From: Bigelowiella natans CCMP2755
Taxonomy: Eukaryota > Protista > Cercozoa
Assembly (NCBI GenBank): GCA_000320545.1
Contig: ADNK01003464.1
Coordinates: forward strand, 35,503 to 99,502
DNA length: 64,000 bases
Direction: 5' to 3'
Positions 50,410 through 64,000 of the stretch are shown in pieces; positions within the stretch are counted from its first letter, which is position 1, and every line of letters starts with the position of its first letter. Made by a program: the position numbers and the translations under genes. Under the pieces are notes generated by a model that saw nothing but the letters and a program-made list of their open reading frames with translations, searched no databases and was not told where the DNA came from.

Positions 50410-51295
50410 GCTTCCTTTTCAGCAGTTGACGCACAAAGCACTCCAACGTGGTTTCCTTGCAATTTCAGTGGAAATGAAGGCCATTTCTGTTGGTTCTGTT
50501 GCCATTTCTCTGCTGGGAATGACCTCAATGATGCGTGTGTGTGTTGTGAGAGTTTGTTGATGAATGATTGCCAGCTAGCCAGGTTGCATGGTGGTGGCAT
50601 GCTAGCATGGGGGGAGCTAGGTGACAAGCAAGCAGTTTTTGAAAAATTGCAAAATTGGTGACGCTCCAAAAAATGAAAATCACCTGCCTAGCTAGCTAGC
50701 TGCACTGAAGTGGCACGTGCACAAGGACCACAACCAGCACAAGCTAGCAAGGACGGCGTCGGACAACACCAGAACGTCACGATGGTGCTGTCACGTTTCC
50801 TCTTTTCGTTTCAATTTCCATGGAGTGAAAGTTCGTTTCGTGCCACGATCACTGCCAGACTGGATCACCTCCTTTTGCATCTCATCGTGTGAGTTGATTG
50901 CTAGATCCATTTCAATGTGGTGTTTGTTCGTGCACAACTTGCTCACAACTGTGCCAATGATTGCACCATGCGATGTGCCATTCACTTCCTGCGTTTCATG
51001 CGTGCACGTTTCTTCTGGAATGTGAACAGCCATTTCGCAACAAAATGACGAAATTGGTGTCAAACCATGAGGCATGAAAGTGATTCGGACCATTGTCGAA
51101 TTTTGAGATCTGCAACATGTGCACAGGTGCACCAAGAACAAATCTTGCTTGTTCAATTGCAAAATGGTCAAAGACTCATGATGTGAATGGATGAAAATGA
51201 GTCTGTTCTCATCAATCATGTTTGTGAACATTCTAGCATTTGCAAAGGTGTGTCATTGCAGTGCCTTCTTGCACTTGCATCTTCACAATCGTTGC
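50410..51295. other. TpA-free zone 3' of the putative glycosyltransferase gene
   Basis: 9 TA in ~885 bp, all inside CTAG. Confidence 0.95.
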
Positions 51296-51310
51296 ATATT
51301 TGTTGATGGG

Positions 51311-51847
51311 TCATTGGCCATCTATCTCCACACGTTTGCTTAGAACGTCATGGTTGTCATCCTCAGGAATCTGTGTTAAAGTTAAAAAGCATTCGCGAAT
51401 CTGTTTGTAGAAGGCTAGGAATAGTTGACAATTCTAAATTACCTTCTGTGCTGATGTTGATGCTTTCTGCTCATAGTCAACCTTTTCAAAATCCCATCGC
51501 CAATCTGTACCTGGTTGAACCATAGCTTGATAAATCTCCTCTTCTCTACGAACTTAATATTTTGGATATCATTCAAAAGTGAATGGAGAGAATATGGATG
51601 CACGAAAGACCTTCGGTAAGATTCTGAAGAAGAGCAAATGCAACTGCTCTGTCACCTGGATAAAAATATGAGGAGAAAAAGAAAAGTAGAAATAAGTTAA
51701 GAACCCAACATTAAGACTATTTATTTAGATTGTATCCCGAGATCTTTATTGCTACTATAACTATCCCACTCCCTCTTTAATGCTAAGTGAACATATGTTC
51801 GATGAAAATCCTTCCAGATTTTATACACACAAAAACACACACACACC

Positions 51848-51895
<48 letters not shown>

Positions 51896-51921
51896 TTATA
51901 ATATATGTATTATATATATAA

Positions 51922-51953
<32 letters not shown>

Positions 51954-53032
51954 AATGCACATATTCATCTCTATTTATGAATTTACAAGTATATCATACT
52001 GATAAAGTCTTATGTAGTTGCACATGTTTCAACGACCCATCCTAAAGTTGCCCCATAAGTGCTGCTCCCCAAAGGCAGAACAGTTAGCATGTAGCATAAA
52101 TTGTCCGGCGGTACGGTTCCAGTATCCCTTGCGATTTATTGGAGAATTAAAATGAATGTTTTTATCAATATGGATTTTCTGCGCTAACCTTTATGCATAC
52201 GCATACGTGAAAATAATTAGAGAACAGAGATGCTACGACTTACGATACTGCGTTAGTATCAATGATGCTTAAAGTAGACTAATGCGTTGATTACATTACA
52301 ACATCACCATATTCTCCATTAACATAATTCTACAGGAGTATTAATCAAGGTTTTCGCCAGAGTTCTCCGCTTTAGCTATCTGTATTTACTCTTAAATACC
52401 TTGATTTCATTTCGAAAGGTAAAGCCATTCGCATAATGATCAACACGCACCTACAGGAGAGAAAAACGCAACGAAGCATGAGGGATTACATATCAACGGT
52501 TTGTTGGATGTTTGTCTGGGATGTGTCTGCATTACCACGGGCTTTCTATGGTTTATAAAACCGCAAACAGTAAGATCGGTGCCTACATGGAGTTCACCGA
52601 ACATTTCCCAAAAAACCTGTCCCGTAGTCAGATGGGTTGATTTCCCCTTAGAAAGCTTCAGACAAACCTACCCATTGTGGTGATCGTAGGTAGGTAAGAA
52701 AGATAGAAAAGGCAGCAGCTGGTTGCGTATACATTAGGAAATGATAATCCTTCCTAAGAACAATTCATGCAATCTCTGTATAGTACTGGAAGATCAGTAG
52801 GAGTGAAGTCGGGCTGGCTGATATGAATGGACTTTGTCGGCATCTTGAACCCTACAAAATCAATCCTATTAAGTCGAAATAGTTATCATATTCTTCAAAT
52901 CATCTCATCAATTAAGGGAAACGATCAATAGTTTGTGTCCGACCGTACAGTCACCTCTTTCTTATTTTTACACTAGTTTTTACCAGGAATAAGATAGCTT
53001 GACACTAACCCTGCTAGAGAAACTGATATGTA

Positions 53033-53072
<40 letters not shown>

Positions 53073-53576
53073 ACATATTCGAATTATAAAATAGCGCAAA
53101 ATACTTTATATATCACAGGATTCCAAATGTGAGGGTTTAAATAGCGGGGAAGAAGGAAAAACCTGGCAGCTTAGACTTGTTAACACTTTCAAAGACAGAG
53201 CGGTAGTAGCGAGGGCCATCGTAGTCAAGATGTGAAAATGTCCACTCGGCGCAATTTGCCATGAGCTTTCCTAATCAATTCAACTTGTTAATATGATAGT
53301 CATTGGCGTGCTGAAAGGTTATATCAGCAAAACATTTCCGAAAACCAAGACAGGTATGTGTAGATATCGGCAATAACAGCATAACGAGTTGCCTTCCGCC
53401 ACTTTCCTTCCAGTAAGCTAGTAAGTATATTCCCCTCTCACTCTGGTGCTGATGAAGCACCTTGGCACATATACTCATCTGGAGATCCATCTTGGCCCTG
53501 TCGCATGATAGTGGCTACGACGGTGCGGAGAGCCTGTTTGGTATATGGAATGGAGAGTAAATGAGAGAGGGAGGGA

Positions 53577-53619
<43 letters not shown>

Positions 53620-54990
53620 AAAGAGAATATAGATTGAACTAATGTGGTTCGCTGAGATGGGATTCAAACCAACGTACAGCATACTACCATACTACATTCA
53701 GCATTGCATCGAATACTATATGGAACTACATTTAAAATAAATTTCATCCTCAGTAGTTGCTTCCATCGTATAACCGCAATGATATTTAGTATTTGACCTC
53801 CGCTCGAGAATCCGTTGTTGCTTTCACTAGCTCTAGCTGCAGACTTTGCTGACCCACAGAGAGCGCTCCTAATAGCATGCATGGTAAAGAAGAGAGAGTG
53901 CCCCAGGTTATTTCCCCCTGATTTTACTGAGCAAATGTTCAACACTGTAGGCATGCTTTAGGTTTTAATCACCGAGGAGGCTTATGTCTCCAAAGCGCTT
54001 GTTCTTTACCTAACATCATACCAAATTCAGAACGAGAGGTAGAATGGTTTTATCGCATCTATCTGCCTGTCTGTCTGGTGCACACCCACCACATTAGTTT
54101 GGGGAAATAGATTTAGAATTCGCTAATAATAACACATTGAGCTGGAGCTGTCCTTTCGGTGGTGTCAAACTACTGTTTTGTTCTGAGCTCGTGAACTTTC
54201 CTGTGTTGGTACGACTGTTTTGTTCTGAGCTCGTGAACTTCCCTGTGTTGGTACATAAATCAGAGATGCATGAGAGACCTGGTGGCCAATGCGTAAGAAG
54301 CCAGAAGCAGCGCATAGTAAGTTTGCTTTAAAACATATTTTAATAACGACTAGAACACAGATATGGTTGATGGCATCCTCATATTCTGAGCTATTCTGTC
54401 TACCTGACACTGTTGAAAGATATCTTGAGATCATCTTTTGGTTTTCATCACCGATGGGTTTGCTTGACATTTGACCTTGGTTTAAAGTCACCAAACGCAA
54501 ATAATAATCATACCATCATGAATATTTGAAAATGATCTATCTCGCTGCCATTTATCCATGTGGAAATGATGAGTAAAACCCCTAATAATACCTGTGACAG
54601 CTCCTTTGCAATCGATGGATATCCAACCCTCTAGTTGAAAACACTATAGTACAAAGTAGAAATCGTGATTGGATGACTGTTGATAGCGAACCAGCACTTT
54701 AGAATATAGGTATTCAAAATCATTTAGAATGGTGACCCTTGGTTTAAATAAAAAGGGTATGAGCGATATGATTTCATCTTGATGTCCCTGTCCCCGCCGC
54801 AGTTGCATGGAGTATGAAGGAAAAGAAACTAAAAACCTTTCAGCTTTTGTTTATTCGGTGTACGTATATTCATCGTTGTTGTCTTTGCTGCCAGTGCTGC
54901 TAGTAGGCAGAAGAAAACCTTTTGCTCCCCCTCCGTCTTGCTCGTAGCGAACCCATCTTTCAACTGCAGAACAAGTTCTTCCCTGGTCAT
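51311..54990 (-). CDS. Multi-exon hypothetical protein, possibly nucleotide-diphospho-sugar transferase-like
   Basis: Exons include ALRTVVATIMRQGQDGSPDEYMCQ, GEINPSDYGTGFWEMFGELH, VRVDHYANGFTFRNEIK, GQFMLHANCSAFG and final ...YEQKASTSAQK|IPEDDNHDVLSKRVEIDGQ*. ANG..HANC recalls the Nucleotid_trans family. Confidence 0.5.
54172..54253. repeat. 42-bp tandem duplication (multiple of 3)
   Basis: actgttttgttctgagctcgtgaactt(t/c)cctgtgttggtac occurs twice. Confidence 0.9.
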
Positions 54991-56882
54991 CTTTGAATCA
55001 ATGTTGTTTTCGTCGTTTTTGATCATATTAATCACGATGTCGTCGTACACGTTCGATATATGATCTGATTTTGCAAATAATTTAATTCGATCAGTGCATT
55101 GCTACCCGAGGACAGTGCCATCGCTCAGGAATGGGGAAATATGGCGCAGGTTTATTCGGCATTTCGTGGGGGTATAAACATTCTAGCTGATGGACGATTT
55201 TTAATTGTTAGTCTGCTGAGCTGGCCAAATGGCAAAGGCGAAATTATAAGATATGCACCTACTCAGATGCTTTTAATTTTGGTCCCAGCTTCACGTGGGA
55301 GGGGAGAGGGTGCTCGTAGGCTCAGCCTCTCAGTCTAAATACAAAAAATCCCAGCACTTAGTCCGTATCATTTCATTAGAATTCCCTGCATTTCCAACAT
55401 ATTTAGCAGGAAATATCCGAAAAACAGGAATGTTCCCCCGAGTTTCAGGCTTTGTACAAAACTGAGGCTTTGAAGTTTACATTTTCAGCCAGTACGTTTC
55501 CCAAGAATTGGGAGTTTTTCATCCGAAATATGTGGGGTATTCTCCACTAATAAGGCTAGAAGTGATGTCGTCTTATTTAAAAAGGAGCGTAATTTATTGG
55601 TTTGTGGAAAATGAATGAATGTGGTCAGACAATGTTTGCTTCTGGGATGAGCTACGACCAAACTCATTATTTTTTACTCCGTTAGATTCACGTGTCGCTT
55701 GGAAAACTGCTGTGTTGAGAGCATTTCCGCGGAATTTCCACGGAAAAAGGAGGTAATATCTGCCCCTATTTGGACGGATGCAGTCTGAAAAAATCTTACA
55801 ACTGTAGCAGCATTTATTTCCTGGGAAAAAACTGTTGGTGGTCCTGATGACAAAATAATCCTTTTTTCTGTCTAAAATAAATCTGCGGATGAGACATCGC
55901 TCTTCTCAATTTTCATCATGATGTCGTCACGCACTTTGTCGCGCATGTTTTGATTTGCGTACCACGCATGTGTACATCAATTTTGCGAAGAGTTGCCTAC
56001 GCATGTAACATTTGACATGAACTTTTTCCCGCATGCCTTGTCGGATGGCATGGTTTTGGATGTATTTCTGTTGAAAATGAATCAATTTTTGTACCAAAGA
56101 ACCCTGCATGAAATCCGAGCGAGCTCCGTTTTCAGCACCATGTGTCTCATCGGTACTCGATGTTTCAATCGCATGAGCGACACCAAAAAGTGTAAAATTA
56201 CATGGAAAATGCACTGTGTATTTTGGCACAGATTTCCGGAGTGAACAACTACTTCCTTGTTGCGCAATTGGATGTGTTTAAGAAACGATTCTTTTGTAGA
56301 AGTTTGATGCTGTATCAGAATTTCCAATAACTAGGGGTTTAATTGAGTAAAAACCATAGAAATGTAGTATAAACACCCCCCATTGAAAATTTCATGAGGA
56401 ATTCGAATATCTTAAAAATTGAAAGCCATTAAAATCATTTTCGCCTAAGGTGTGGAGATGTGGCAATTTCTCGGCACAGTTTCAAATTAAGGGCATCCCT
56501 TTTAGCAATCCATTGACGTAATTTACTTTCTATTATTCAATTGCGACAACTCCACTTCTTTTGATCTTCGTTAAAAAGAAAGACCCTGCGAAACCCTTTC
56601 CGTCCCTGTGCTCGGGGAAGCATTTTCGGATATATAGATATGAAATAGGCTTCATATGTCATTTACGTCAACCAAATAGGTATGTCGCTTTGAAATAAAG
56701 GATCTACATGCCAATTTACCTTTTGGAGGGATTGCCATTTGCGGTTGCTCTAGCACATGGCTTGCTCTCCCTTCGTATTCGCGGCGTATCACCGTCTCAC
56801 CTCCTCCGTAGTTGAGCCTCTTTTTTAGAAAGGTCATCCGGAGAGGGAGGAGTTACTTGAACTCAGGAAGCGTTTCCGCCTC

Positions 56883-57339
56883 ATGAGCAGCAGAGAAGCA
56901 GAAAGCGTGACGAGAGCAGGGTCAAACGGAACATCTGCCAATCATCAGGCGAGCCATTCAGTAACCAAAACTGTAATTAGTAGATTTTCTATGTAATAAT
57001 GAACATCAAACTAGCGCTAGAACCCCAGAATCCACCTCCTCTCATCCCCATCCCTAACACTGAGAGTTTTTGTTAATCTCTCAGAGCCAAGCTGCACCAT
57101 CCACGCCATCGTCGCTGCCTCAGAATATGCAACGTGCCGTAGTTCTCTCCTATTCATCCAACGAGAATAAAAAAGATGAGAAGAACAAGAATCAGAAACA
57201 GGACAAATTGACGCAAAATGGTATATCTTCCTAATACATACATACCATAAGCATACTAAATATTCAGTTAAAATGCTCCCTGGCACAGTCATCAAACGAT
57301 AATATGGCGTTATGGAAGGCCTAACACTCTTATCATTAT

Positions 57340-57371
<32 letters not shown>

Positions 57372-57596
57372 TCAGCATCGTCATCATCATTATCACTCAA
57401 TATTTTTGCAAGCTTTTGGATTAAACTACGCACTCATTATTTTTAATACACCGTACTGAAACAGCCATACGTTTTGAACCCACAATAATGTCGACAACTC
57501 CACTTTATCTGTTCAATATCATCACCTCAATAAATATTAGCTCCATTATCCTAATTACGATCTCATCATAATTACTATCATTATACCTGTCATTAT

Positions 57597-57637
<41 letters not shown>

Positions 57638-58439
57638 ACAGGTCAAGGTGCACCAACTGCATCTATGTCGTCATCATTAGCAGCTTCAGCTTCAACATCT
57701 ACGTCGCAATTGCAGCATCAACCGCCAACGCAACAGCAAAAGCTGTCACAATCAAGCAATACGAAAAAGGGCAGTGATTACTCGGGAACAACCTCATCGG
57801 CTTCACATAGTGGTTCATCGACGAATGGAAGAAAGAATGACAGCAACAGCGAGATCCCTGCTCCTGCCTCCTCCCAACAGCATTCTCGGATGAATACAAC
57901 GAATGCAAAACTGGCCTCTGTCCCTGCCAATAGCCCCATTGCTACAGCGCACCAGCCACAGACAGTAGGAAGGGGAGGGGGGGGAGCATATTCAAAAAAT
58001 ATACCAGTTGGAATAGCTTCCACTACAACAACGCCTTCAGCCACAACACCACCTCAACAGGAGCAGCAGCAACAACTGAAGAAACAGCAAGCGGCGACTT
58101 TGTATACTCAAGAAAGGGGAGGGGTGGGAGGCGTTGGTGGTGGTGATGGAAGGGTCTCAACATCGGCGTCATCGAGCCTCCTCCTCCCAGCAATGGAGGA
58201 GGCTCGATCATTAGTATCTAAACAGAATTCGAAAGCAGGAGCAGCAGCAACAACAGCAGCAGCTTTGGCAGAAAACGCTCCGACAAAGAAGTCAGTTCCT
58301 AACAGCAATAGTAGCAGTATTATTAGCGAAAAGAAGCAGCAGCAGCAGCAGCAGCAGCAACCGCCTGGCCGTGGCTCTGCCGGAACTACTAACGGAGCTG
58401 CTATCGTAGCCAACCAAAACCATCTTTCACAACCACGCC

Positions 58440-58476
<37 letters not shown>

Positions 58477-60859
58477 GCAGCAGAGGAAGAAGCCTGGAGG
58501 GCGGCAACGACAGCAATCCCAACACATCCCATCGGCGCACCAGCAGCAGCAGCAGCAGTTCCCCCCCCGGCAACAGCAAGGGGGTGGATTTAGTAACAAA
58601 ACTCAAAGCGGCTATTACGCTGCTCATCAAAGCAACGAAGTCACGAAACAATTTGGTCCTAGAGGCGGTGCTGGTAGCGGAACCTCTGCTGCCATATCCG
58701 GCTCACCAATGGCAGCGTCATCTTCCGCCGCCCCCCCCCCATGGAGCTATGTGGCCGCAATTCCCAATCATGATCGCGCCAAAAAAACGAGGAAGAGGGC
58801 AAGACCGATAGGGGGTATCGCCGTGCTGGAGAGCAACTTTAGAAGGGATATTGGGGGAATGGGCATGGTGGATGTAAGTAACAGGGAATATGGCCTCCCC
58901 CCCCAGCCCTCTTCAATGATGATGATGATGGACCCCTCCATTGTAGCTCCGGGCGGGTACGGCCTTGAGGAGGGTGGTAGAGTGAGGCTGCGACAAGGCC
59001 TTCATGAATCCGTTCCCCCCCCCGGCATGGTCAGTCCTCACACAGATGGTAGGCATCGACTACGGCCAGGGGGGCATCATCACGTTGCTGAAAGTTATCA
59101 TATGCAGCGTGCTCTATGTGGCGATGGCAGGGAGGGGGTGGGGAGGTTGGTCGATCCCAATAATGGCGATATCATGCCTCCGCATGGGGATAGAAGCAGC
59201 AGCAGCAACGACGCTCTGCTGCAGCAGCAACAACACTCTGCCGCCCACAGGTGGTTAGTAGCAGTAGTGTGCCCTTTTGTTTTTTGAAATGGGGGGGATA
59301 TGGTTAAGGGCATGTTTCTGCACATATATTTATCAATGCTGTGCCGATATTTTATGAAAGTGCTAAATATATGTATATGTGTATATATATACTATAATAT
59401 ACATTTATGTATTATGCATATTATACCAGGAGCCGATATCATGTGACGCAAGCAGCGTCGCATCTACACAGCAGCTTCCATACATCCTCGCCCGCCCCCA
59501 ATCAAAGAGTAGCCCCCCCTCCTTCTTTGGACCCCCGCCGCCCACAGCAGCAGAGCTACAGAGGGCGAGCAGGGGGTGATACCGGGGAAGAAATGCTCGG
59601 CGGCCACATGCCCCACAGCCGCCGCGAAATGCTGCAAGATCAGCCCTCCCAGCACGGTCATGCAGCGCTTGAGCATCACCCCGATACTACTTCAGGGGGG
59701 AGAGCAGTGAATCTCCAGATTGATGTCGTTAACGTCGATGAGGACGGTGTCCCTTCATCCCTCCACCACGGAGGAATACCCACTGGCAGCACGCGGTTTC
59801 TCCCCCACCACCAGCAGATGCCTCCAGGACAGCAGCAGCAGCAGCAGCAGCAGCAGGTTATGCAGAGGGGGGGGCATAGTCCGATGCACGCCCTTTCCCG
59901 CCTCCCCCCTCCTCCCCAAAACGCGCATTATATTCGTAGTCACGGCGGCTACGGCCCCCACGACATGTACGATGAATACAAAAACGATGGAGGACCGACA
60001 ATGGGCGGCATTCTCGTGCAGCAACAGCAGGAGCAGCGCCCAAACCACGACGGGGGAATGGGGAGGCCCAACGGCGGAGGAGACGGCAGCACCAGCAGCT
60101 TGTACTTCCACCAACGCAATTCAAGAAGACAGGTCCAGCAGCATGATCCCCATCATCATCCTGGAGGAGCTGCTGCTGCTGCTGCTGGTGGTGGTTTCAT
60201 GGAAATGGCGAATGGGTATGCGGAGAGTAATGACGGTGCTAATAAGCACCCAGGCCATCACCTGTACCTCCCTGGCGAGGAAGATGACCCCAAGGCACTT
60301 GTAGGTGCCGGAAGGGGAGGGGAGGGGGGCAAATACCGTACTCCGGGAAGGCCTTCCCCCCCTGTGATAGCAAGAGTCGCTACTGGTATTATATTCTTGA
60401 AAGATAGACGATGAAGATGATGACGATGGTGATGAGTCAGCCATATGATACGATCATGATGTGTGAGGATATTTGCATTTGCACACAAGATTCATGTTCT
60501 TTCAGGTTATACAGAAAATGACACGATGCGACGTCATCATCTTGTCTTTCTCATTTCTTCTTTTTCCGTCCTTCCCCCTCTCCCCCCCCCCCCCCCCCCC
60601 CTATCTACCACAGGTACAGTGATGGTTCGGTGGAAAGCTCCTCGGAACGAAGGCACTTGCCCTGTCGATGCGTATCAATTGCAGCATTGCGTCCTCGGTG
60701 CTACTAGTACTACCACAACTACTTCTACTCTTTATACTACTATTACTACTACTACTTTGACAGAATGAATTTAGTCGTCATCATTTGTATATATCATCAC
60801 GAAAAATGGTTGCTTCATCACACTCCTCAAGAGCAGGATTTCCTATTTTGAATGTATAC

Positions 60860-60918
<59 letters not shown>

Positions 60919-61073
60919 CTCCATGCTAATAACTGATGATATGACCCCCCCCCCCCCTCCCCACACATGCAAATTAGATAAAGGCTCCTCGAGGCCTGAT
61001 TGGTCCATTCTCTTCCCACACGACGGGATGTATACCACTGGTATTGAGCTGCCAGGACTAGAGGAAGGTAGTT

Positions 61074-61106
<33 letters not shown>

Positions 61107-61131
61107 TATTTACTACTTATTTCTTCCCAAA

Positions 61132-61172
<41 letters not shown>

Positions 61173-61705
61173 ATTGATGATTAACAAATGTTCCTTCCTT
61201 ATGCCTTCGTCGTTCGTATGTTTTTGCGTTTCCATTCAAAGCTTTGTTTATTTATAAAAGAGCAATCGTCCTCGTAGTTGCCATCACCGTCATTGTAGTT
61301 AGCCGTGCCGCCAAACAGATTGTAATTGCAACCACCATTGCTTCCTTGCTCACCTTCCTTCCCTCCCCCCCCCAAAAAAGGGTCAAAGCTCGTGTTTCGT
61401 GTGAAAGCACATAACCGAATAGGCTGGGGCACATATTCTGATGCATCCAATTTCTTCAAAGACTCATCCTCAGCGCCGCTCCCTCTTCGCAAAGAGTCAG
61501 TAGTAGCTGTTTTTGTCCATCATGCATATGTTACGCCATCATTTGTGACGGCTGCCATCAATGAACCTCCCTCTCTCTCTCTCTCTCTCCCTCCCTCCCT
61601 CTCTCTCAGTCACTACCAACGAATGGAAGAGGAAGAGGCAGCGCGGCAAAGAGCAGCCAGGGAGGCGGTGCGGTCAGGGGTCAGTAGTGCTATTTACGAT
61701 TAGTG

Positions 61706-61800
<95 letters not shown>

Positions 61801-63004
61801 CTACAATGATATACAGCGAAAACAATTGGATGTTATTCTTCTACCTTCATTTTGTGTAAACAAACAGCCATGTGGCTGTCAGTCAGCTCTGATCATTGCT
61901 TCTTCTCCCTACCCCTGCTGCAGGAAGCCGATACCGCCGATTTCTACTACTTCAACCCTGGGCATGAGGTGTCGCGCACTGCGAAAGTCCTCTTTGCCTC
62001 TGGAATTATATACGGATATAGGATATCTGCGGGAAATTACAGCTATTTGCGTGATATCATTGAATCTGCTGTCACTGGCAACGAGCAGATATTCGCAGGG
62101 GGCATCTTGATAGGAGCTCGGTTTCGAGGGGAGTGCTTTGACAGCCCCATCGCCCTCAAAGAGGGGTTTGTTGACCGCTGCAAAGAGTAATACTGCTACT
62201 ACTACTAACCCAGCCTCCACATTTTTGATGATGATGATGGTGATGGTGGTGATGATGATGATGATGATGATGGTGGTGGTGATGATGCAACGTGCAGGTA
62301 CTTGGAAGGACGAGTTCCCGCGATGAACTTTTATCAAAAACCAAGGCCCATCCAGACAGCTGCGGACTCCATCTTCCTGAGCGTGCTAGGCCGCACGTTC
62401 AGCGGTCACGCTGGCAGCGGTGGGGGGGGGGTAGGAAGCAATGGAGGAGGAGGAGGAGGAGGAGGAGGAGGAGGAGGGCAAGAGGGATGTGGGGATGGGA
62501 ACAACCGCATCGTTCAAAGGCTACGCAACGGCCAACAAGGCAATGGTAATGACGACGATGACGACGACGACGACGACGATACGGAAGATGACCAGTACAA
62601 ACAAACGCCACTCGCGTATATGGGCAACAAGGCCTCTGCTGCTGCTGCTGCTGGTGCTGGTGGTAGGAAGCTTAGTACGACGGGAAGGCGAAGGAGGAGG
62701 AGGAGGAAGGAAAAGGTTATTCAAAAGAACAACAACAACAACAACAACAACACCAAGAGGATCGTGGGCAGGAAAAGAAGGGGCTACAAGAGCAGCAGCG
62801 CTGTGTCTGCGGCTGAAGCGGCTATGGCAAGCTCCACGATGATGATGATGATGAATCGTCGCACCACCAGCAGCAGCAGGGGTAGCAATAATACCTCCTC
62901 GAGGAAGAGGGGGGGGAGGAGGGCAGGGAGGAAGTACGGGAAGCAACAGCAGAAGAAGAAGAAGAAGAAGAAGGATTCTGAACAACAATCCGATGGTGAT
63001 GGCG

Positions 63005-63035
<31 letters not shown>

Positions 63036-63753
63036 AGAAGATGTGGAGAGAGAAACCGACCTTGAGAATAATGTCAATGGAATTGGCCCGAACGAGGAGG
63101 AGGAGGAGGAGGAGGAGAATGATGATGGTTTCAAGGCGAAGCTTTATCAGAGGGGAGGTAGGCCACGCCGTGGTGATTTGAATGGAGAGAACGACGACGA
63201 TGATGATGACGATGACGATGCTACGATTGGTGAGGAGGAGGCCGAGAATGAAGAAGAAGAAGCCGCATACGATACCAACTTGAAGAAGAAGAAGAAGAAG
63301 AAGAATAAGAAAAGGGGGGGGGGCACACGTGGAGGGCGACAACGAGTACAGCAGCGAGAGAAGCTCAAGCTGCAGGCGGGGGGGGGCTTGCTAATGGGCC
63401 TTCTGAATGCTAGCACTGGGAACTTGGAAAGGGGGGGGATAGGGTGGCGACGAAACCAGCAGAGGGAGGATGAGAGTGATGACGATGATGACGAGTCACT
63501 TACAGATAATGCTGATGAGTATGCGGCTGCCACCACTGCAAATGATGGGACCGAAGAAGATGGCGACGATGTCGCATCGAGAAAAAGGAACGTAATCAAG
63601 AATCCTCCTCCTCAAACAAGGCCATCAGCAGCTGCTGGTGGTCCTCGAGGCAGGGAGGGGGGAAGTCGTCGGGCAGGTGAAGCAGATGGAAAGGGAGGGG
63701 GCTCTGACGTTCGTGATAGAGCAAATTCGAAGCCAGAAGAGGGGGGGGGCTAG
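56883..63753 (+). CDS. Large low-complexity (polyQ/G/D/E/K) protein with a fibronectin type III domain
   Basis: Long coding exons 57642-59251, 59430-60386 and 62298-63753. FN3 is spread over exons: PSPPVIA...GTVMVRWKAPRNEGTCPVDAYQLQ...GIELPGLEEG|SKLVFRVKAHNRIGWGTYSDAS. Both ends uncertain. Confidence 0.75.
61712..61800. repeat. Compound microsatellite (TA)n(TG)n(GA)n, intronic; representative of dozens of SSRs in the window
   Basis: Directly visible; similar (TA)n(TG)n runs at 14916-14980 and 60863-60918. Confidence 0.95.
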
Positions 63754-64000
63754 GAGAAGGTAGATCGAGGCGGGGGGGGAGAGGAGGAGGAGGAGAAGGA
63801 GGGTTGCAGTCACATCGACGGCGACGACGATGGTGAAAAAGTAGTACCCACGATTCACCGCAAAACAATCACTCTCCTTCTGCTGGTGCTGGTGGTGGTG
63901 ATAAGAAGATGACCTCCTTGCTGCATTAGCTCCTACCACCACCGCCGCTATCAATCAGAGCGATGCCATACCAGCTGCTGCTGCTGCTGCTGCTATTACC

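Noticed and set aside
1-64000. Autonomous transposons, viral genes, rRNA/tRNA/snRNA, alternative genetic code
   Set aside because: No transposase, RT, integrase or capsid motifs and no recognisable RNA genes seen. Conserved genes translate cleanly and end in TAA/TAG/TGA. No enzyme that could cause the TA signature is encoded in this window.
63596-64000. Possible minus-strand gene end or continuation of the FN3 gene
   Set aside because: Low-complexity sequence and poly-G runs make the frame unresolvable at the window edge.

Overview
Eukaryotic nuclear DNA: gene-dense, rich in GT-AG introns, locally saturated with microsatellites, standard genetic code. The style resembles a protist such as a chlorarachniophyte or other rhizarian (inference only). 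About 14 protein-coding genes can be read: a PDZ-domain gene (-, truncated), an EF-hand protein (+), a pyruvate/branched-chain dehydrogenase kinase (-), a PQ-loop/MPDU1-like membrane protein (-), an intronless secreted bacterial-type nucleoside hydrolase (+), an ankyrin protein (-), a class I cyclic-nucleotide phosphodiesterase (+), a PQBP1-like protein (-), a Tudor-like/R2R3-MYB/chromodomain protein (+), a plant-type acetylornithine deacetylase (-), an intronless PG-rich (SHIPPO-repeat) protein (+), a multi-pass membrane protein (-), a possible glycosyltransferase (-) and a large FN3/low-complexity protein (+). The most striking signal is non-genic. Sharply bounded 0.6-1.8 kb intergenic zones, most of them starting just past gene 3' ends, have lost almost every TpA except inside CTAG; there is no non-CTAG TA in 26361-27615 or 50410-51295. 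The gaps between convergent genes accumulate up to about 10-fold excess CTAG. Neighbouring introns keep long (TA)n runs. This looks like the footprint of a locus-targeted T>C (TAH) / A>G (DTA) hypermutation or base-modification system, the reverse of fungal RIP. Spliced-gene coordinates are approximate and all counts were made by hand.
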